Of a stretch of 64,000 nt of DNA, positions 38,512-48,337 are shown in pieces. The notes under the pieces are model-generated. The model made no database searches. It was given only the letters and a program-made list of their open reading frames with translations, and had not been told where the DNA came from. How positions within the stretch are numbered: the stretch's first letter is position 1; every line of letters begins with the position of its first letter. The translations under genes were made by a program, and so were the position numbers. This DNA is from Myxococcota bacterium (GTDB lineage Bacteria; Myxococcota_A; UBA9160; UBA6930). Location: the NCBI GenBank assembly GCA_965223415.1, contig OZ245002.1, positions 1,312,001 through 1,376,000 of the forward strand. The letters are read 5' to 3'.

Positions 38512-39870
38512 ATGCCGGGACCCCGCGACTCCCTCGAGCCCGCCCGCCTCGAGCCGGCCCTGGTCGCCGCCTACTGCGTGCCGACCCTCGGGGTGAACTT
38601 CTCCCTGGTGCTCACCTTCGCCTACGTGGCGAAGTACGCGACGGACGTGCTGCTGATCGCGCCGGCGACCATGGGCCTGATCTTCGGGCTCTCGCGCATC
38701 TGGGACGCCGTGACGGACCCGGTCGTCGGGTTCTGGAGCGACGCGACGCGCAGCGCCCTGGGGCGCCGCCGGCCCTGGATCCTGGCCTCCGGGGTGCCGC
38801 TGGCGGTCTTCGGCCTGGCCCTGTGGGCGCCGCCGCGGAGCCTCGCCGGGGGAGCGCTCACCACCTGGTTCGCCGTGGCCTTCGTCGCCTACATGACGGC
38901 GACGACGGTCTTCAACGTCCCGCACATGGCGCTGGGCGCCGAGCTCAGCGACGCCCAACACCTTCGCACCCGTCTGTTCGGGCTGCGTCACGCCACCGCC
39001 ACCCTGGGCTCGGCACTGGCCCTCGTGCTCGGCACCACCCTCCTCGTGCGCGCGAGCGATCCGCGGGAGACAGCGCTCTGGCTCTTCTCGCTGATCGGCG
39101 CCCTGTGCATTGCAACCACAGCGCTGGCGGCGTGGCGGCTGCGGGAGCGCCCGGAGCACCGCGAGCGCGGCGGACGTCACCCATGGGCGGCGTTCCGCGA
39201 CGTCGTCCGCAACCCCCACGGACGCCTGCTCGTGACGATGTACTTCATCGAGCACATGGGCACCGGGGCGACCTCCGTGCTCTCGCCCTACATCCTGCAC
39301 TACGTGATCGGCGCTCCGGAGGCGCTGGGCCTGGTGTACGCGTTCTACACGGGAGCCCTGCTTCTCTCGATCCCGGTGTGGGTCGGTCTCGCTCGGCGGC
39401 TCGGAAAGAAGACCACCTGGCTGCTCGGCATGGCCACGGCCATGGTGGGCTACGCGAGCCTCTTCTTCGTCGGCGAGGGCACGCTCGCGCTGATGTGCGG
39501 CGTGGTCTGCCTCACCGGCTCGGCGGCGAGCTGCGGAACCGTCGTCGGCCCCTCGGTGCAGGCCGACGTGATCGACTGGGACGAGCACGCCACCGGCGAG
39601 CGCAAAGAAGGCTCCTACTACTCGACCTTCACCTTCCTGCAGAAGGCCTCGGCGGGCGTGATGGCCATGCTGACCGGCCTGGCGCTCCAGCAGGTTGGCT
39701 TCGAGCCGAACGTCGAGCAGGGAGACACGACCAAGCTGGTCATGCGCAGCCTGATCGCCCTGGTGCCGCTGGGCTGTTTCGTCGTCGGGGCGGCGATCTT
39801 CTCCCGCTTCCGTCTCACCGAGGACGTCCACGCCGCCATTCGCGCCGAGCTGGACGCCCGGAGAGGCTGA
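38512..39870 (+). CDS. GPH/MelB-type MFS transporter
   Basis: RIWDAVTDPVVGFWSD, GRRRPW, ADVIDWDE..GERKEG. Confidence 0.88.
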   Translation: MPGPRDSLEPARLEPALVAAYCVPTLGVNFSLVLTFAYVAKYATDVLLIAPATMGLIFGLSRIWDAVTDPVVGFWSDATRSALGRRRPWILASGVPLAVFGLALWAPPRSLAGGALTTWFAVAFVAYMTATTVFNVPHMALGAELSDAQHLRTRLFGLRHATATLGSALALVLGTTLLVRASDPRETALWLFSLIGALCIATTALAAWRLRERPEHRERGGRHPWAAFRDVVRNPHGRLLVTMYFIEHMGTGATSVLSPYILHYVIGAPEALGLVYAFYTGALLLSIPVWVGLARRLGKKTTWLLGMATAMVGYASLFFVGEGTLALMCGVVCLTGSAASCGTVVGPSVQADVIDWDEHATGERKEGSYYSTFTFLQKASAGVMAMLTGLALQQVGFEPNVEQGDTTKLVMRSLIALVPLGCFVVGAAIFSRFRLTEDVHAAIRAELDARRG

Positions 39871-39911
39871 ATCCCGTCAACTCGGGGGGCCGAACGGCCG
39901 ATCCAGCCCCC

Positions 39912-40634
39912 ATGGTGGGGCCCCCGGAGCGAAGGCAGACCCAGCGCGTCGCGCTGGCGGAGCCGATCTGGCTGCTCAGCTGGCGGGGGATCCAGCGGGC
40001 GACGCTGCGGGACGGAACCGCGGTTTCCCTGGGGCTGGCGGTCCGCGGGCGGTCCCCGGCGGCGGGGAGCCGGGCGATCGTGCTACTGCCGGGCGGCCCG
40101 GACCAGCTCCTCCCGGCGCCGGTCTTCGCCCGGATCGTGCGCGGCGCCGGCTCGGCAGGCCTGATCTTCACCTCGATTCCCCGCTCGTCGCGCCTCGCCC
40201 TGCAGGCGCTGCTCGACCGGGAGGCAACGGACACCCCGGCGGGCGAGTCCCAGGGCGGACCGCGTCGTCGCGCCGTGCGACGCCACTACAGCGTTCGGCT
40301 TGCGGCCCGGTCGGTCTGGCTCCCCCATGTGCTGGTCGCCCGGGATCTCTCGACGGAAGGGGTCCGGGTGCACGCCCTCCCCTGGGCCGCCGTGGGCAGC
40401 GAGCTGCGCATCTCGTTCCCGGTGCCCGGCGCGCCCTCGCCGATCTCCATCTCCGCCCGGGTCGCCCGCCACGACGGAGACGCGGGAACGATCCTCCGCT
40501 TCCATTCGGTCACACCGGAGGAGCGGGAGGGCCTGGACGGCCTGCTCGCCCTGTTGCCCGAGCTCCCGGACGGCCGTCGCGAGGGCGTCGCCTTGGCGGC
40601 CGTCGAGAACGACTACGACAGCGGCGCTGCCTGA
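39912..40634 (+). CDS. PilZ domain protein (degenerate N-terminal plus intact C-terminal PilZ)
   Basis: ERRQTQR, RRAVRR and DLSTEG motifs. Confidence 0.68.
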   Translation: MVGPPERRQTQRVALAEPIWLLSWRGIQRATLRDGTAVSLGLAVRGRSPAAGSRAIVLLPGGPDQLLPAPVFARIVRGAGSAGLIFTSIPRSSRLALQALLDREATDTPAGESQGGPRRRAVRRHYSVRLAARSVWLPHVLVARDLSTEGVRVHALPWAAVGSELRISFPVPGAPSPISISARVARHDGDAGTILRFHSVTPEEREGLDGLLALLPELPDGRREGVALAAVENDYDSGAA

Positions 40635-42328
40635 GGCCCGCGAACCAGGCCCCCGGGCAGGGCCCCGGTGGGCTCGCCGTCCTCGTAGATGACCTCGCCG
40701 TTCTTGATCGTGTAGCGGTAGCCGTCGACCTTCTGGATCAGGCGCCGTCCGCCACCCGGGAGGTCGTAGACCATCTCGGGCGCGTGGATGTGCAGGCCGT
40801 CGAAGTCGATCACGTTCAGGTCGGCGCGCATGCCCGGCGCCAGGACGCCGCGATCCTCCATGCCGTAGAACGCGGCGGTGCGGCGGGTCTGCTGCTCGAC
40901 CAGGACCTCGAGGGGAATGCGATCGCCGCGATCGCGATCGCGCACCCAGTGGGTGAGCAGGAAGCTCGGCATGCTGGCGTCGCAGACGAGGCCGCAGTGG
41001 GCGCCGCCGTCGGAGAGACCGAAGACCGAGCGCTCGTGGAGCATCATCTCGCGGATCGGCTCCAGGTGGCCGTTCGCGTAGCCGAGCAGCGGCAGGTAGA
41101 GGAAGTCGCCGGCCAGCATCCGGTCGTAGGCGACCTCGGCGCCTTCGCGCCCCTCGCGCTCGGCGATGGCGGCGATGCTCTTCTCCGGGCCCGGCTCGTA
41201 GTCCGGCGGGTCGCCAAGGGGGAACATCATGTTCCAGGCGCTCGCGATGATCGCCGTCACGCCCGGGCGGCCCCGGAGATCCGGCTCGTCGGCCAGGATC
41301 GCCGCCCGCACCTCCGGCTCCGCCAGCTTCCGCCGCTTCTCCTCCCGCGGCAGGTTCCAGTAGGGATGGAACGCGGGCCGCAGCATGAAGGGGTGGAAGC
41401 TGCTCTCGAAGCCGAGCAGCAGCCCCGCCGGGCGCTGGGCCACCTGCGGGGTGAGGCAGCCGCCCTCGGCGGCGTCCTCGTCCACCACGGCCAGGAGCCG
41501 CTTCCACTGGTCGGGATCGGTCGGGTTCTGCAGGCAGGCGAAGGTGACGGGCCGGCCGGTCTCCTTGCCGAGCTGCCGCATCCAGCGAAGCTCCTCGCCC
41601 TCGGGCGCCAGATCGCTCGCCACCTCGAACACTCCGTGGCCCACCTCGCCTAGCGTGCGACCGATGCCGAGCACCTCTTCGTCCTCGGCGGTGGTGCCGG
41701 GCACGAGCTCGCCGTCCTTCGCCCGGTGCAGGATGGTGCGCGAAGTGGAGAAGCCCAGCGCGCCGGCCTGGAGGCCTTCCTTCACGATCGCCGCCATCTG
41801 CTCGATCTCTTCCGGCGTGGCCTTCTCGTTCTTCGCGCCGCGCTCGCCCATCACGTAGGCGCGCACCGCGCCGTGGGGGATCTGGGCCGCGACGTCGATC
41901 GCGCGGGGCATCTTCTCCACCGCGTCCAGGTATTCCGGGAAGCTCTCCCACTCCCAGTGGATGCCCTCGGCGAGCGCCGTGCCGGGGATGTCTTCGACGC
42001 CCTCCATGAGCTGGATCAGGAAGTCTTCCTGGCCCGGGTGCACCGGCGCGAAGCCCACGCCGCAGTTGCCCATCACCAGGGTGGTGACGCCATTCCAGCC
42101 GGAGGGCGTCAGGTAGGGATCCCAGGTGACCTGGCCGTCGTAGTGGGTGTGGATGTCGACCCAGCCGGGCGTGACGAGCTGGCCTTCGGCGTCGACCTCG
42201 CGACGGCCCGGGCCCACATCCTCACCGACGGCGACGATGCGATCACCGTCCATCGCCACGTCGGCGCGGCGCGCCGGCGCGCCGGTGCCGTCCACCACGA
42301 TTCCGCCACGGATCACGAGATCGTGCAT
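40613..42328 (-). CDS. N-acyl-D-amino-acid deacylase family amidohydrolase
   Basis: [27 protein letters not shown]. Confidence 0.92.
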   Translation of the reverse strand: MHDLVIRGGIVVDGTGAPARRADVAMDGDRIVAVGEDVGPGRREVDAEGQLVTPGWVDIHTHYDGQVTWDPYLTPSGWNGVTTLVMGNCGVGFAPVHPGQEDFLIQLMEGVEDIPGTALAEGIHWEWESFPEYLDAVEKMPRAIDVAAQIPHGAVRAYVMGERGAKNEKATPEEIEQMAAIVKEGLQAGALGFSTSRTILHRAKDGELVPGTTAEDEEVLGIGRTLGEVGHGVFEVASDLAPEGEELRWMRQLGKETGRPVTFACLQNPTDPDQWKRLLAVVDEDAAEGGCLTPQVAQRPAGLLLGFESSFHPFMLRPAFHPYWNLPREEKRRKLAEPEVRAAILADEPDLRGRPGVTAIIASAWNMMFPLGDPPDYEPGPEKSIAAIAEREGREGAEVAYDRMLAGDFLYLPLLGYANGHLEPIREMMLHERSVFGLSDGGAHCGLVCDASMPSFLLTHWVRDRDRGDRIPLEVLVEQQTRRTAAFYGMEDRGVLAPGMRADLNVIDFDGLHIHAPEMVYDLPGGGRRLIQKVDGYRYTIKNGEVIYEDGEPTGALPGGLVRGPQAAPLS

Positions 42329-42379
42329 CGGATGCTCCTCTCCCAAGGGGAAGTGGGGCAGAACGTAGCACTCCCCGGA

Positions 42380-44530
42380 TCAGTCGACGGGCTCGATCGT
42401 CACCGGCACGCCGTTGAAAACGGCGTTGCCGACGACGGGCTCGAGCACCGCGTCGTCCACGAGGTCGTTGCAGGAAACGCCCGGATGGGCTTCGGCGAGG
42501 GCCATCCGCAGGCCGGGCCCCCGGTGCCCCCAGCCGTGGGGCAGGCTCACGACGCCCGGCCGCAGATCCGTGGAAAGCTCGAGGGGGGCCTCCACCGCGC
42601 CCACCCGGCTGACGATGCGCACGACCTTCCGATCCAGGAGACCGCGCTCCGCCGCATCGTCGGGGTGCATCTGGAGGGTGCAGCGCTCGCGTCCCTTGGT
42701 GCCGACCCGTGTGTTGTGGAGCCAGGAGTTGCACGTGCGCACGTCGCGGCGGCCGATCAGCCGCAGGCCCGGCGGCGAGATGGGGGCGGCCGGGAGCTCC
42801 GCCGCGAGCCGCGCCAGCTCGGCGCGCATGGGCTCGGGGGCGAGGTCGATGCGCTGGTCCGGCGTACACAGGACGCGGTCCAGGCCCGGCTCGAGGGGCC
42901 CGAGGTCGATGCCGCTGGGCTGCGCCTCCAGGTCCCGCAGCCGCAGCCCACGGCGCCACGGGCGGAAGCCGTCGCCATGGGGGCCCATGCGCAGACCCAG
43001 ATCGAGGAGCGTACGCAGCTTGGGGACGCGCCGGCGCAGGAGGTTCAGGGCCCGGCGCCGGAGGGGCCCGCCCTTCCTCGCGCCGAGCCGCAGCGCCAGG
43101 TCGACGAGCATCTCGTAATCGTCGGGCTGGCCCGGCGCCGGCTCGAGGGCGGCGGGCGAGAGTTTCGCCGTGTTGCGGATGGCGAAGCCGTGGAAGAGTG
43201 CCTCGTAGTTGTCGTGTTCGAGGGACCAGCTCGGCGGCAGCACGAGGTCGGCGTGGCGGGTCGTCTCGTTCAGGTAGAAGTCGACCGCAGCCTGGAAGTC
43301 GAGGCCCTCCATCGCTCGGGCGAGGGCCGGGCCGTTCGGTGCGCTCAGCACGGGGTTGCCGGCGACGGTGAGGAGACCGCGCACCTGGCCCGGTCCGGGC
43401 GTCGCGATCTCCTCGGCCAGGCAGGCGGTCGGCGCGTCCCCGTTGAAGATGGGCGCACCGCGCACACGCGTGCGGCCGGTGTGCAGCTGGCCCGTGTCGC
43501 CGCGCAGCGTGATCAGCCCCGCGAGGTCCAGGGCCGGCCGCGGGAACATCGCGCCGCCGGGACGGTCGAGGTTGCCGGTGAGCAGGTTCAGGACGTCGAC
43601 GAGCCAGCTGTTCAGCGTCCCGAACGGGTGCTGGCAGGTGCCGACCCGCCCGTAGCAGACGGCGCGGGGCGCCGCGGCGAAGGCGCGAGCGAGCTCGCGG
43701 ATCCGGGCCGCCGGAAGGCCGATGGCGGGATGGACGGCTTCCGGCGTGAAGGGCGCCACCGCCGCGGCCAGGGCAGCGCGGCCGTGGGCGCGCTCGGCGG
43801 CCGGGCTCCCGCGCCCGAGCTTCTCCTCGAGGACCGTGTGCACCAGCGCCGCGAGCAGCCACCCGTCGGCGCCCGGCGGAAGAGACCAATGCTCGTCGGC
43901 CATCCGCGCGGTCTCGCTGCGGCGGGGATCCACGACCACGAGTCGTCCACCCCGGGCGTGCAGCCGGCGGATCGTGTCGTCGAAGCGCGGCGCCGACATC
44001 AGGCTGCCGCCGGAGACCACCGGGTTCGCACCGAGCATCAGCAGGAAGTCGGTGCGCTCGACGTCGGGGATCGGCAGGTGCAGCCAGTGGCCGAAGAGCA
44101 TCAGGGAGGACGCGTGCTTGGGGTTCTGGTCGAGGGAGCTGGCCGAGTAGCGGCTGCGACTCCCGAGGGCCATGCCGAACGGCGTGAGGCCGAAGAGGAT
44201 GCCGAGGCTGTGGGCGCTCGGGTTGCCGATGTAGAGGGCGACGGCGTCGTCGCCGTGGCGGCGTTGCAGGCCGGCGACGCGCTCCGCCGTCTCGCCCAGC
44301 GCGTCCTCCCAGCCGATCTCCTCCCAGTCCCCGCCGCGCTTGCGCAGGGGACGGGTGAGCCGGTCCGGATCGTGCTGGATCTCGCCGAGGGCCACCGCTT
44401 TGGGGCACAGCGCGCCGTGGCTGTAGGGATCCTCCGGATCCCCCTCGATCCGCCCGACCTCCCGCCCCTTCACCTCGATGCGCAGCCCGCACATCGCCTC
44501 GCACAGGTTGCAGGTCTTGTGGACGATCAC
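42380..44530 (-). CDS. Molybdopterin-dependent oxidoreductase
   Basis: CNLCEAMCG...CPK 4Fe-4S site, VDPRRSETA, NSWLHN, SLPHGWG. Confidence 0.9.
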   Translation of the reverse strand: MIVHKTCNLCEAMCGLRIEVKGREVGRIEGDPEDPYSHGALCPKAVALGEIQHDPDRLTRPLRKRGGDWEEIGWEDALGETAERVAGLQRRHGDDAVALYIGNPSAHSLGILFGLTPFGMALGSRSRYSASSLDQNPKHASSLMLFGHWLHLPIPDVERTDFLLMLGANPVVSGGSLMSAPRFDDTIRRLHARGGRLVVVDPRRSETARMADEHWSLPPGADGWLLAALVHTVLEEKLGRGSPAAERAHGRAALAAAVAPFTPEAVHPAIGLPAARIRELARAFAAAPRAVCYGRVGTCQHPFGTLNSWLVDVLNLLTGNLDRPGGAMFPRPALDLAGLITLRGDTGQLHTGRTRVRGAPIFNGDAPTACLAEEIATPGPGQVRGLLTVAGNPVLSAPNGPALARAMEGLDFQAAVDFYLNETTRHADLVLPPSWSLEHDNYEALFHGFAIRNTAKLSPAALEPAPGQPDDYEMLVDLALRLGARKGGPLRRRALNLLRRRVPKLRTLLDLGLRMGPHGDGFRPWRRGLRLRDLEAQPSGIDLGPLEPGLDRVLCTPDQRIDLAPEPMRAELARLAAELPAAPISPPGLRLIGRRDVRTCNSWLHNTRVGTKGRERCTLQMHPDDAAERGLLDRKVVRIVSRVGAVEAPLELSTDLRPGVVSLPHGWGHRGPGLRMALAEAHPGVSCNDLVDDAVLEPVVGNAVFNGVPVTIEPVD

Positions 44531-44543
44531 CGGGCCAGGGTAC

Positions 44544-44622
44544 ACCGTGAGACAAGGGGACGTTCCTTTCTGTCTCACGGCAAAGCCGTGAGACAGAAAG
44601 GAACGTCCCCTTGTCTCACGGT
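44544..44622. repeat. REPIN-like doublet, family A: 38-bp perfect inverted arms with 3-nt loop
   Basis: ACCGTGAGACAAGGGGACGTTCCTTTCTGTCTCACGGC-AAA-reverse complement. Confidence 0.92.
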
Positions 44623-44651
44623 ATGCTCGGGGGCTGGAGGAACCCCACGCC

Positions 44652-45788
44652 ATGGCCGACATCCAGCCCTTCCAGATCGCCGCGACCGACGAGCAGCTCG
44701 ACGACCTGCGCCGGCGCCTGCAGCACACCCGCTGGCCCGAAGCGGAGACGCCGGACGACTGGTCCCAGGGGATTCCGCTCGCCTACACCCAGGAGGTCTG
44801 CGCCTACTGGGCGGAGAAGTACGACTGGCGCGCGCGGGAGGCGAGCCTCAACCGCTTCGACCAGTTCCGCACCGAGGTGGACGGCCTCGGCATCCACTTC
44901 ATCCACGTGCGCTCGCCCCACGAGGACGCCCTGCCCCTTGTGATCACCCACGGCTGGCCCGGCTCGGTGGTGGAGTTCCACAAGGTGATCGAGCCGCTCA
45001 CGAATCCGACCGCCCACGGCGGCGACGCGGCGGACGCCTTCCACGTCGTCTGCCCCTCGCTCCCGGGCTACGGCTTCTCCGACAAGCCCACCGCGCCGGG
45101 TTGGGGCGTCCAGAAGATCGCCGACGCCTGGGCGAAGCTGATGCCGAAGATCGGCTACCCGAGCTACGTCGCGCAGGGCGGCGACTGGGGCGCCATGGTC
45201 ACGACCTGCATCGGCATGCAGGACCCGAAGAACTGCCGCGGCATCCACCTCAACATGCCGATCGTCCCGCCGGACCCGGAGACGATGAACGATCTCACCG
45301 AACGCGAGCAGCAGGCCATGGCCGCCATGCAGCACTACCAGCAGTGGGACTCGGGCTACTCGAAGCAGCAGAGCACGCGCCCCCAGACCCTGGGCTACGG
45401 GCTCACGGACTCGCCGGCGGGCCAGGCGGCCTGGATCCTGGAGAAGTTCTGGTCCTGGACCGACTGCAGCGGGCACCCGGAGAACGTGCTCACCCGCGAC
45501 GAGCTGCTGGACAACGTGATGCTCTACTGGCTGCCCGGCAACGCCGCCTCCTCGGCGCGGCTCTACTGGGAGAGCTTCAACCAGCCGCCGATGGGCAAGG
45601 TCGCCACACCGGTCGGCTGCAGCATCTTCCCCAAGGAGATCTTCCGCAGCTCGCGCCGCTGGGCGGAGAAGCACTTCGACGACCTCATCCACTGGAATGA
45701 GCCCGCCCAGGGCGGCCACTTCGCAGCCTTCGAGCAGCCGGAGGTCTTCGTGGACGAGGTGCGCACCTGCTTCCGCCAGCTTCGGTAG
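44652..45788 (+). CDS. Epoxide hydrolase (EHN plus alpha/beta hydrolase)
   Basis: HGWPGS, PSLPGYGFS, QGGDWG, GGHFAAFEQP. Confidence 0.94.
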   Translation: MADIQPFQIAATDEQLDDLRRRLQHTRWPEAETPDDWSQGIPLAYTQEVCAYWAEKYDWRAREASLNRFDQFRTEVDGLGIHFIHVRSPHEDALPLVITHGWPGSVVEFHKVIEPLTNPTAHGGDAADAFHVVCPSLPGYGFSDKPTAPGWGVQKIADAWAKLMPKIGYPSYVAQGGDWGAMVTTCIGMQDPKNCRGIHLNMPIVPPDPETMNDLTEREQQAMAAMQHYQQWDSGYSKQQSTRPQTLGYGLTDSPAGQAAWILEKFWSWTDCSGHPENVLTRDELLDNVMLYWLPGNAASSARLYWESFNQPPMGKVATPVGCSIFPKEIFRSSRRWAEKHFDDLIHWNEPAQGGHFAAFEQPEVFVDEVRTCFRQLR

Positions 45789-45828
45789 CGCCCTCCAGCG
45801 GAGCGCGGGGCCGGCCGATGCAACGCTC

Positions 45829-46305
45829 ATGGCCTGTCTCCGCCGAGTCCTCTGCGGGTCGACCGCTCTCCTCATCGCCTGTGCCACGGCGGGGCCGCCC
45901 CTCGACGGCGCCTGGCGCTCGGACCGGGAACTCACGCTGGCACGGCTGGACGGGATTCTCGACACCTCGCCGGGCGCCAGGTGGGAGTTCCTCCGCGATG
46001 CGGAGTTCTTCGGCCACACGGTGGTCCTCTATCGCGGCAACGACGTCGCCCACGTCTACGAAGGGCGCTGCAGCCGGATGCCGCCCGTGAAGGTCGTGGC
46101 GAGTGAGCCGAGCGCCATCACCTACCGCTACTTCGACGTCCTCCACCAGCGGGCCGACACGTCTCGGATCGAGGTGGACGGCGACGTGCTCTGGGTCGAC
46201 GTCCCGCTGCTCGGCGAGGGCGCCCGCGAGGCCTTCCGGCGCATCCCCGTCGAGGAGGCTGTCGCCGACCACCCCTGTCTGGCCGAGGTGATGTCGCTCT
46301 GGTAG
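45829..46305 (+). CDS. Hypothetical lipoprotein
   Basis: LLIAC lipobox-like signal, native codon bias. Confidence 0.6.
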   Translation: MACLRRVLCGSTALLIACATAGPPLDGAWRSDRELTLARLDGILDTSPGARWEFLRDAEFFGHTVVLYRGNDVAHVYEGRCSRMPPVKVVASEPSAITYRYFDVLHQRADTSRIEVDGDVLWVDVPLLGEGAREAFRRIPVEEAVADHPCLAEVMSLW

Positions 46306-46338
46306 CTGCAGCACCGCCGGAGTGAGGCGCCGCACCCG

Positions 46339-48240
46339 CTAGTCCGCAGGCCCGTCCTCCGACGCCCCCGCGACCACCTCGAGCAGCCCCTTGCCGAAGC
46401 GGTCGGCCTTGGCGGGGCCGATGCCGTGGGCGAGCAGGAGCTCCTCGCGGTTGCGGGGACGCAGCAGGGCGATGTCCCGAAGCGTCCGGTCGCTGGCGAC
46501 GACGTAGGGCGGGACGGCGGCGGCGCGGGCCACTTCGAGGCGGTGGTGGCGCAGCGTCTCGAAGAGTGCCTCGCCGGCCTCGTCCAGGGCATCGGCGACG
46601 GCCTCCGCCCGCGCGGAAGGAGTGCGGGCCACGGTGCCGGCGGCCGGGCGCGCGGGCCGGGCCGGGCCCTCGGGCGGAAGCGTGAGGCGCGCGGGGAGCT
46701 CGGCGCGCATCACCCGCGCGCCTTCCTCGGTGAGCACGACGACGGGGCGATCGCCGCCGATGAAGTCGACCCAGCCAGCGGTGACGCAGCGGCGCAGGAG
46801 CTTCGTGATCCACAGGTCCGAGCGGTCGGAGAGCACTCCGAAGGTCGGGGTCCGGTCCAGGCGCGTGCTCGCCAGCCGCTCGTCATCGGCGCCGCGCAGG
46901 AGCTTCGCGGCCATCTGCAGGCCGAAGCGCCCGTGCACGCGTGCCACGCCCGAGAGCGCCTTGCGCACCACCAGGGTGACGGTTTCAGCGTCCGTGTCGC
47001 TCCGCGCCACCAGATCGCGGCACACGTCGCAACGGCCGCAGCCAGCGAGGGTCTCCTCCTCGTCGCCGAAGTAGCGCAGGATGGCGTCGTGGCGGCAGCT
47101 CCCGCCCTCGGCCCAGCGCATCAGCTCGAGGAAGAGGTTCCACTTGTGGCGCGCGATTTCCGGATCCGTCGCGTCGCCCTCGATCAGGTGACGGCGCAGC
47201 GGGAGATCGCCGGCGGAGACCAGCAGCAGGCCCTGGGCGGGCTCACCGTCCCGCCCGGCGCGGCCCACCTCCTGGTAGTAGGCCTCGATGGAGCTCGGCG
47301 GCGCCAGGTGGACGACGGCGCGGACGTCCGCGCGATCGATGCCCATGCCAAAGGCGTTGGTCGCGACGACCACCTCGGTGCCGCCGCCGGAGAAGCGGCC
47401 GTGGACCGTCTCGCGCACGGCGCCGCCCATGCCGGCGTGGTAGGCGTCGGTTCGGTAGCCCGCCCGGCCGAGCCGGGCGGCCTCCTGCTCCGTCGCCTTG
47501 CGGGTCGGCGAATAGACGATCGCGCAGCCCCGGACCGAGCCCGGCGTGCCGATCGCCTCGCGCAGCACGGCGTCCACGGACGCATCGCGATCGCGCTTCG
47601 AGGCGACCTCCCGGGCTGCCAGCGCGAGATTCGGGCGGGCGAAGCCGCGCACGAGCTGGGGCGTGTCGGCCGGGAGCCCGAGACGCTCGAGGATCTCGTC
47701 GCGCACCACCGGCGTGGCCGTCGCCGTGCACGCCAACACCTGCGCATCGGGAAGCGCCGCGACCACCTCGCTGATCTGCATGTACTCGGGGCGGAAGTCG
47801 TGGCCCCACTCGCTGATGCAGTGGGCCTCGTCGACGGCCACGAGCGGACACGCGAGATCGGCGAGCAGCGACCGGAAGCCGTCGAAGGCGAGGCGCTCCG
47901 GGGCCACGTAGGCGAGCTTGTAGCTACCGCGGCCGAGCTCCCGCATGCGCCGGCGCAGCTCGCCCCCGTCGAGCGTGGCGGCGAGGAAGGTGGCGGGCAC
48001 ACCGATCGCTTCGAGGGCCGACACCTGGTCCTGCATCAGCGAGACCAGTGGCGAGACCACCAGACTCGTTCCGGGCAGCTCCGAGGCGGGGAGCTGATAG
48101 ACCAGGCTCTTGCCGCCGCCGGTGGGGGCCACGAGCAGCAGGCGGCCGACGCGCAGCAGCGTCTCCACGGCCTCCCGTTGGCCGGAGCGGAACTTCTCGA
48201 GGCCGAAGCGCTCGAGCGCTCCATCCAGATCGATCGACAC
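46339..48240 (-). CDS. recQ: ATP-dependent DNA helicase RecQ with RQC and HRDC domains
   Basis: PTGGGKS, DEAHCISEWGHDFRP, AFGMGID, QEVGRAGRDG, C-terminal VPPYVVASD. Confidence 0.93.
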   Translation of the reverse strand: MSIDLDGALERFGLEKFRSGQREAVETLLRVGRLLLVAPTGGGKSLVYQLPASELPGTSLVVSPLVSLMQDQVSALEAIGVPATFLAATLDGGELRRRMRELGRGSYKLAYVAPERLAFDGFRSLLADLACPLVAVDEAHCISEWGHDFRPEYMQISEVVAALPDAQVLACTATATPVVRDEILERLGLPADTPQLVRGFARPNLALAAREVASKRDRDASVDAVLREAIGTPGSVRGCAIVYSPTRKATEQEAARLGRAGYRTDAYHAGMGGAVRETVHGRFSGGGTEVVVATNAFGMGIDRADVRAVVHLAPPSSIEAYYQEVGRAGRDGEPAQGLLLVSAGDLPLRRHLIEGDATDPEIARHKWNLFLELMRWAEGGSCRHDAILRYFGDEEETLAGCGRCDVCRDLVARSDTDAETVTLVVRKALSGVARVHGRFGLQMAAKLLRGADDERLASTRLDRTPTFGVLSDRSDLWITKLLRRCVTAGWVDFIGGDRPVVVLTEEGARVMRAELPARLTLPPEGPARPARPAAGTVARTPSARAEAVADALDEAGEALFETLRHHRLEVARAAAVPPYVVASDRTLRDIALLRPRNREELLLAHGIGPAKADRFGKGLLEVVAGASEDGPAD

Positions 48241-48337
48241 GAACGTTCCTCGGAGGAGACCGGGGCCGCGAAGGTAGCGGTTTCGTGGCGATTCCGGGCG
48301 CCCTACCATCGGCGCCCCACGTCCGACCGGAGTGCCC

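Noticed and set aside
42380..44530. Selenocysteine-containing formate dehydrogenase
   Set aside because: The frame has no internal TGA and lacks the FDH RL(C/U)H motif.
44531..44728. N-terminal extension of the oxidoreductase predicted by the ORF track
   Set aside because: It translates the palindromic repeat. GTG 44530 directly precedes the Fe-S motif and has a -10 box 6 nt upstream.
41726..45700. Very long alternative-frame ORFs (also 3650-6517, 37782-40634, 47924-50548)
   Set aside because: These are Arg/Gly/Pro-rich or antisense shadows of well-supported genes, expected at this GC content.
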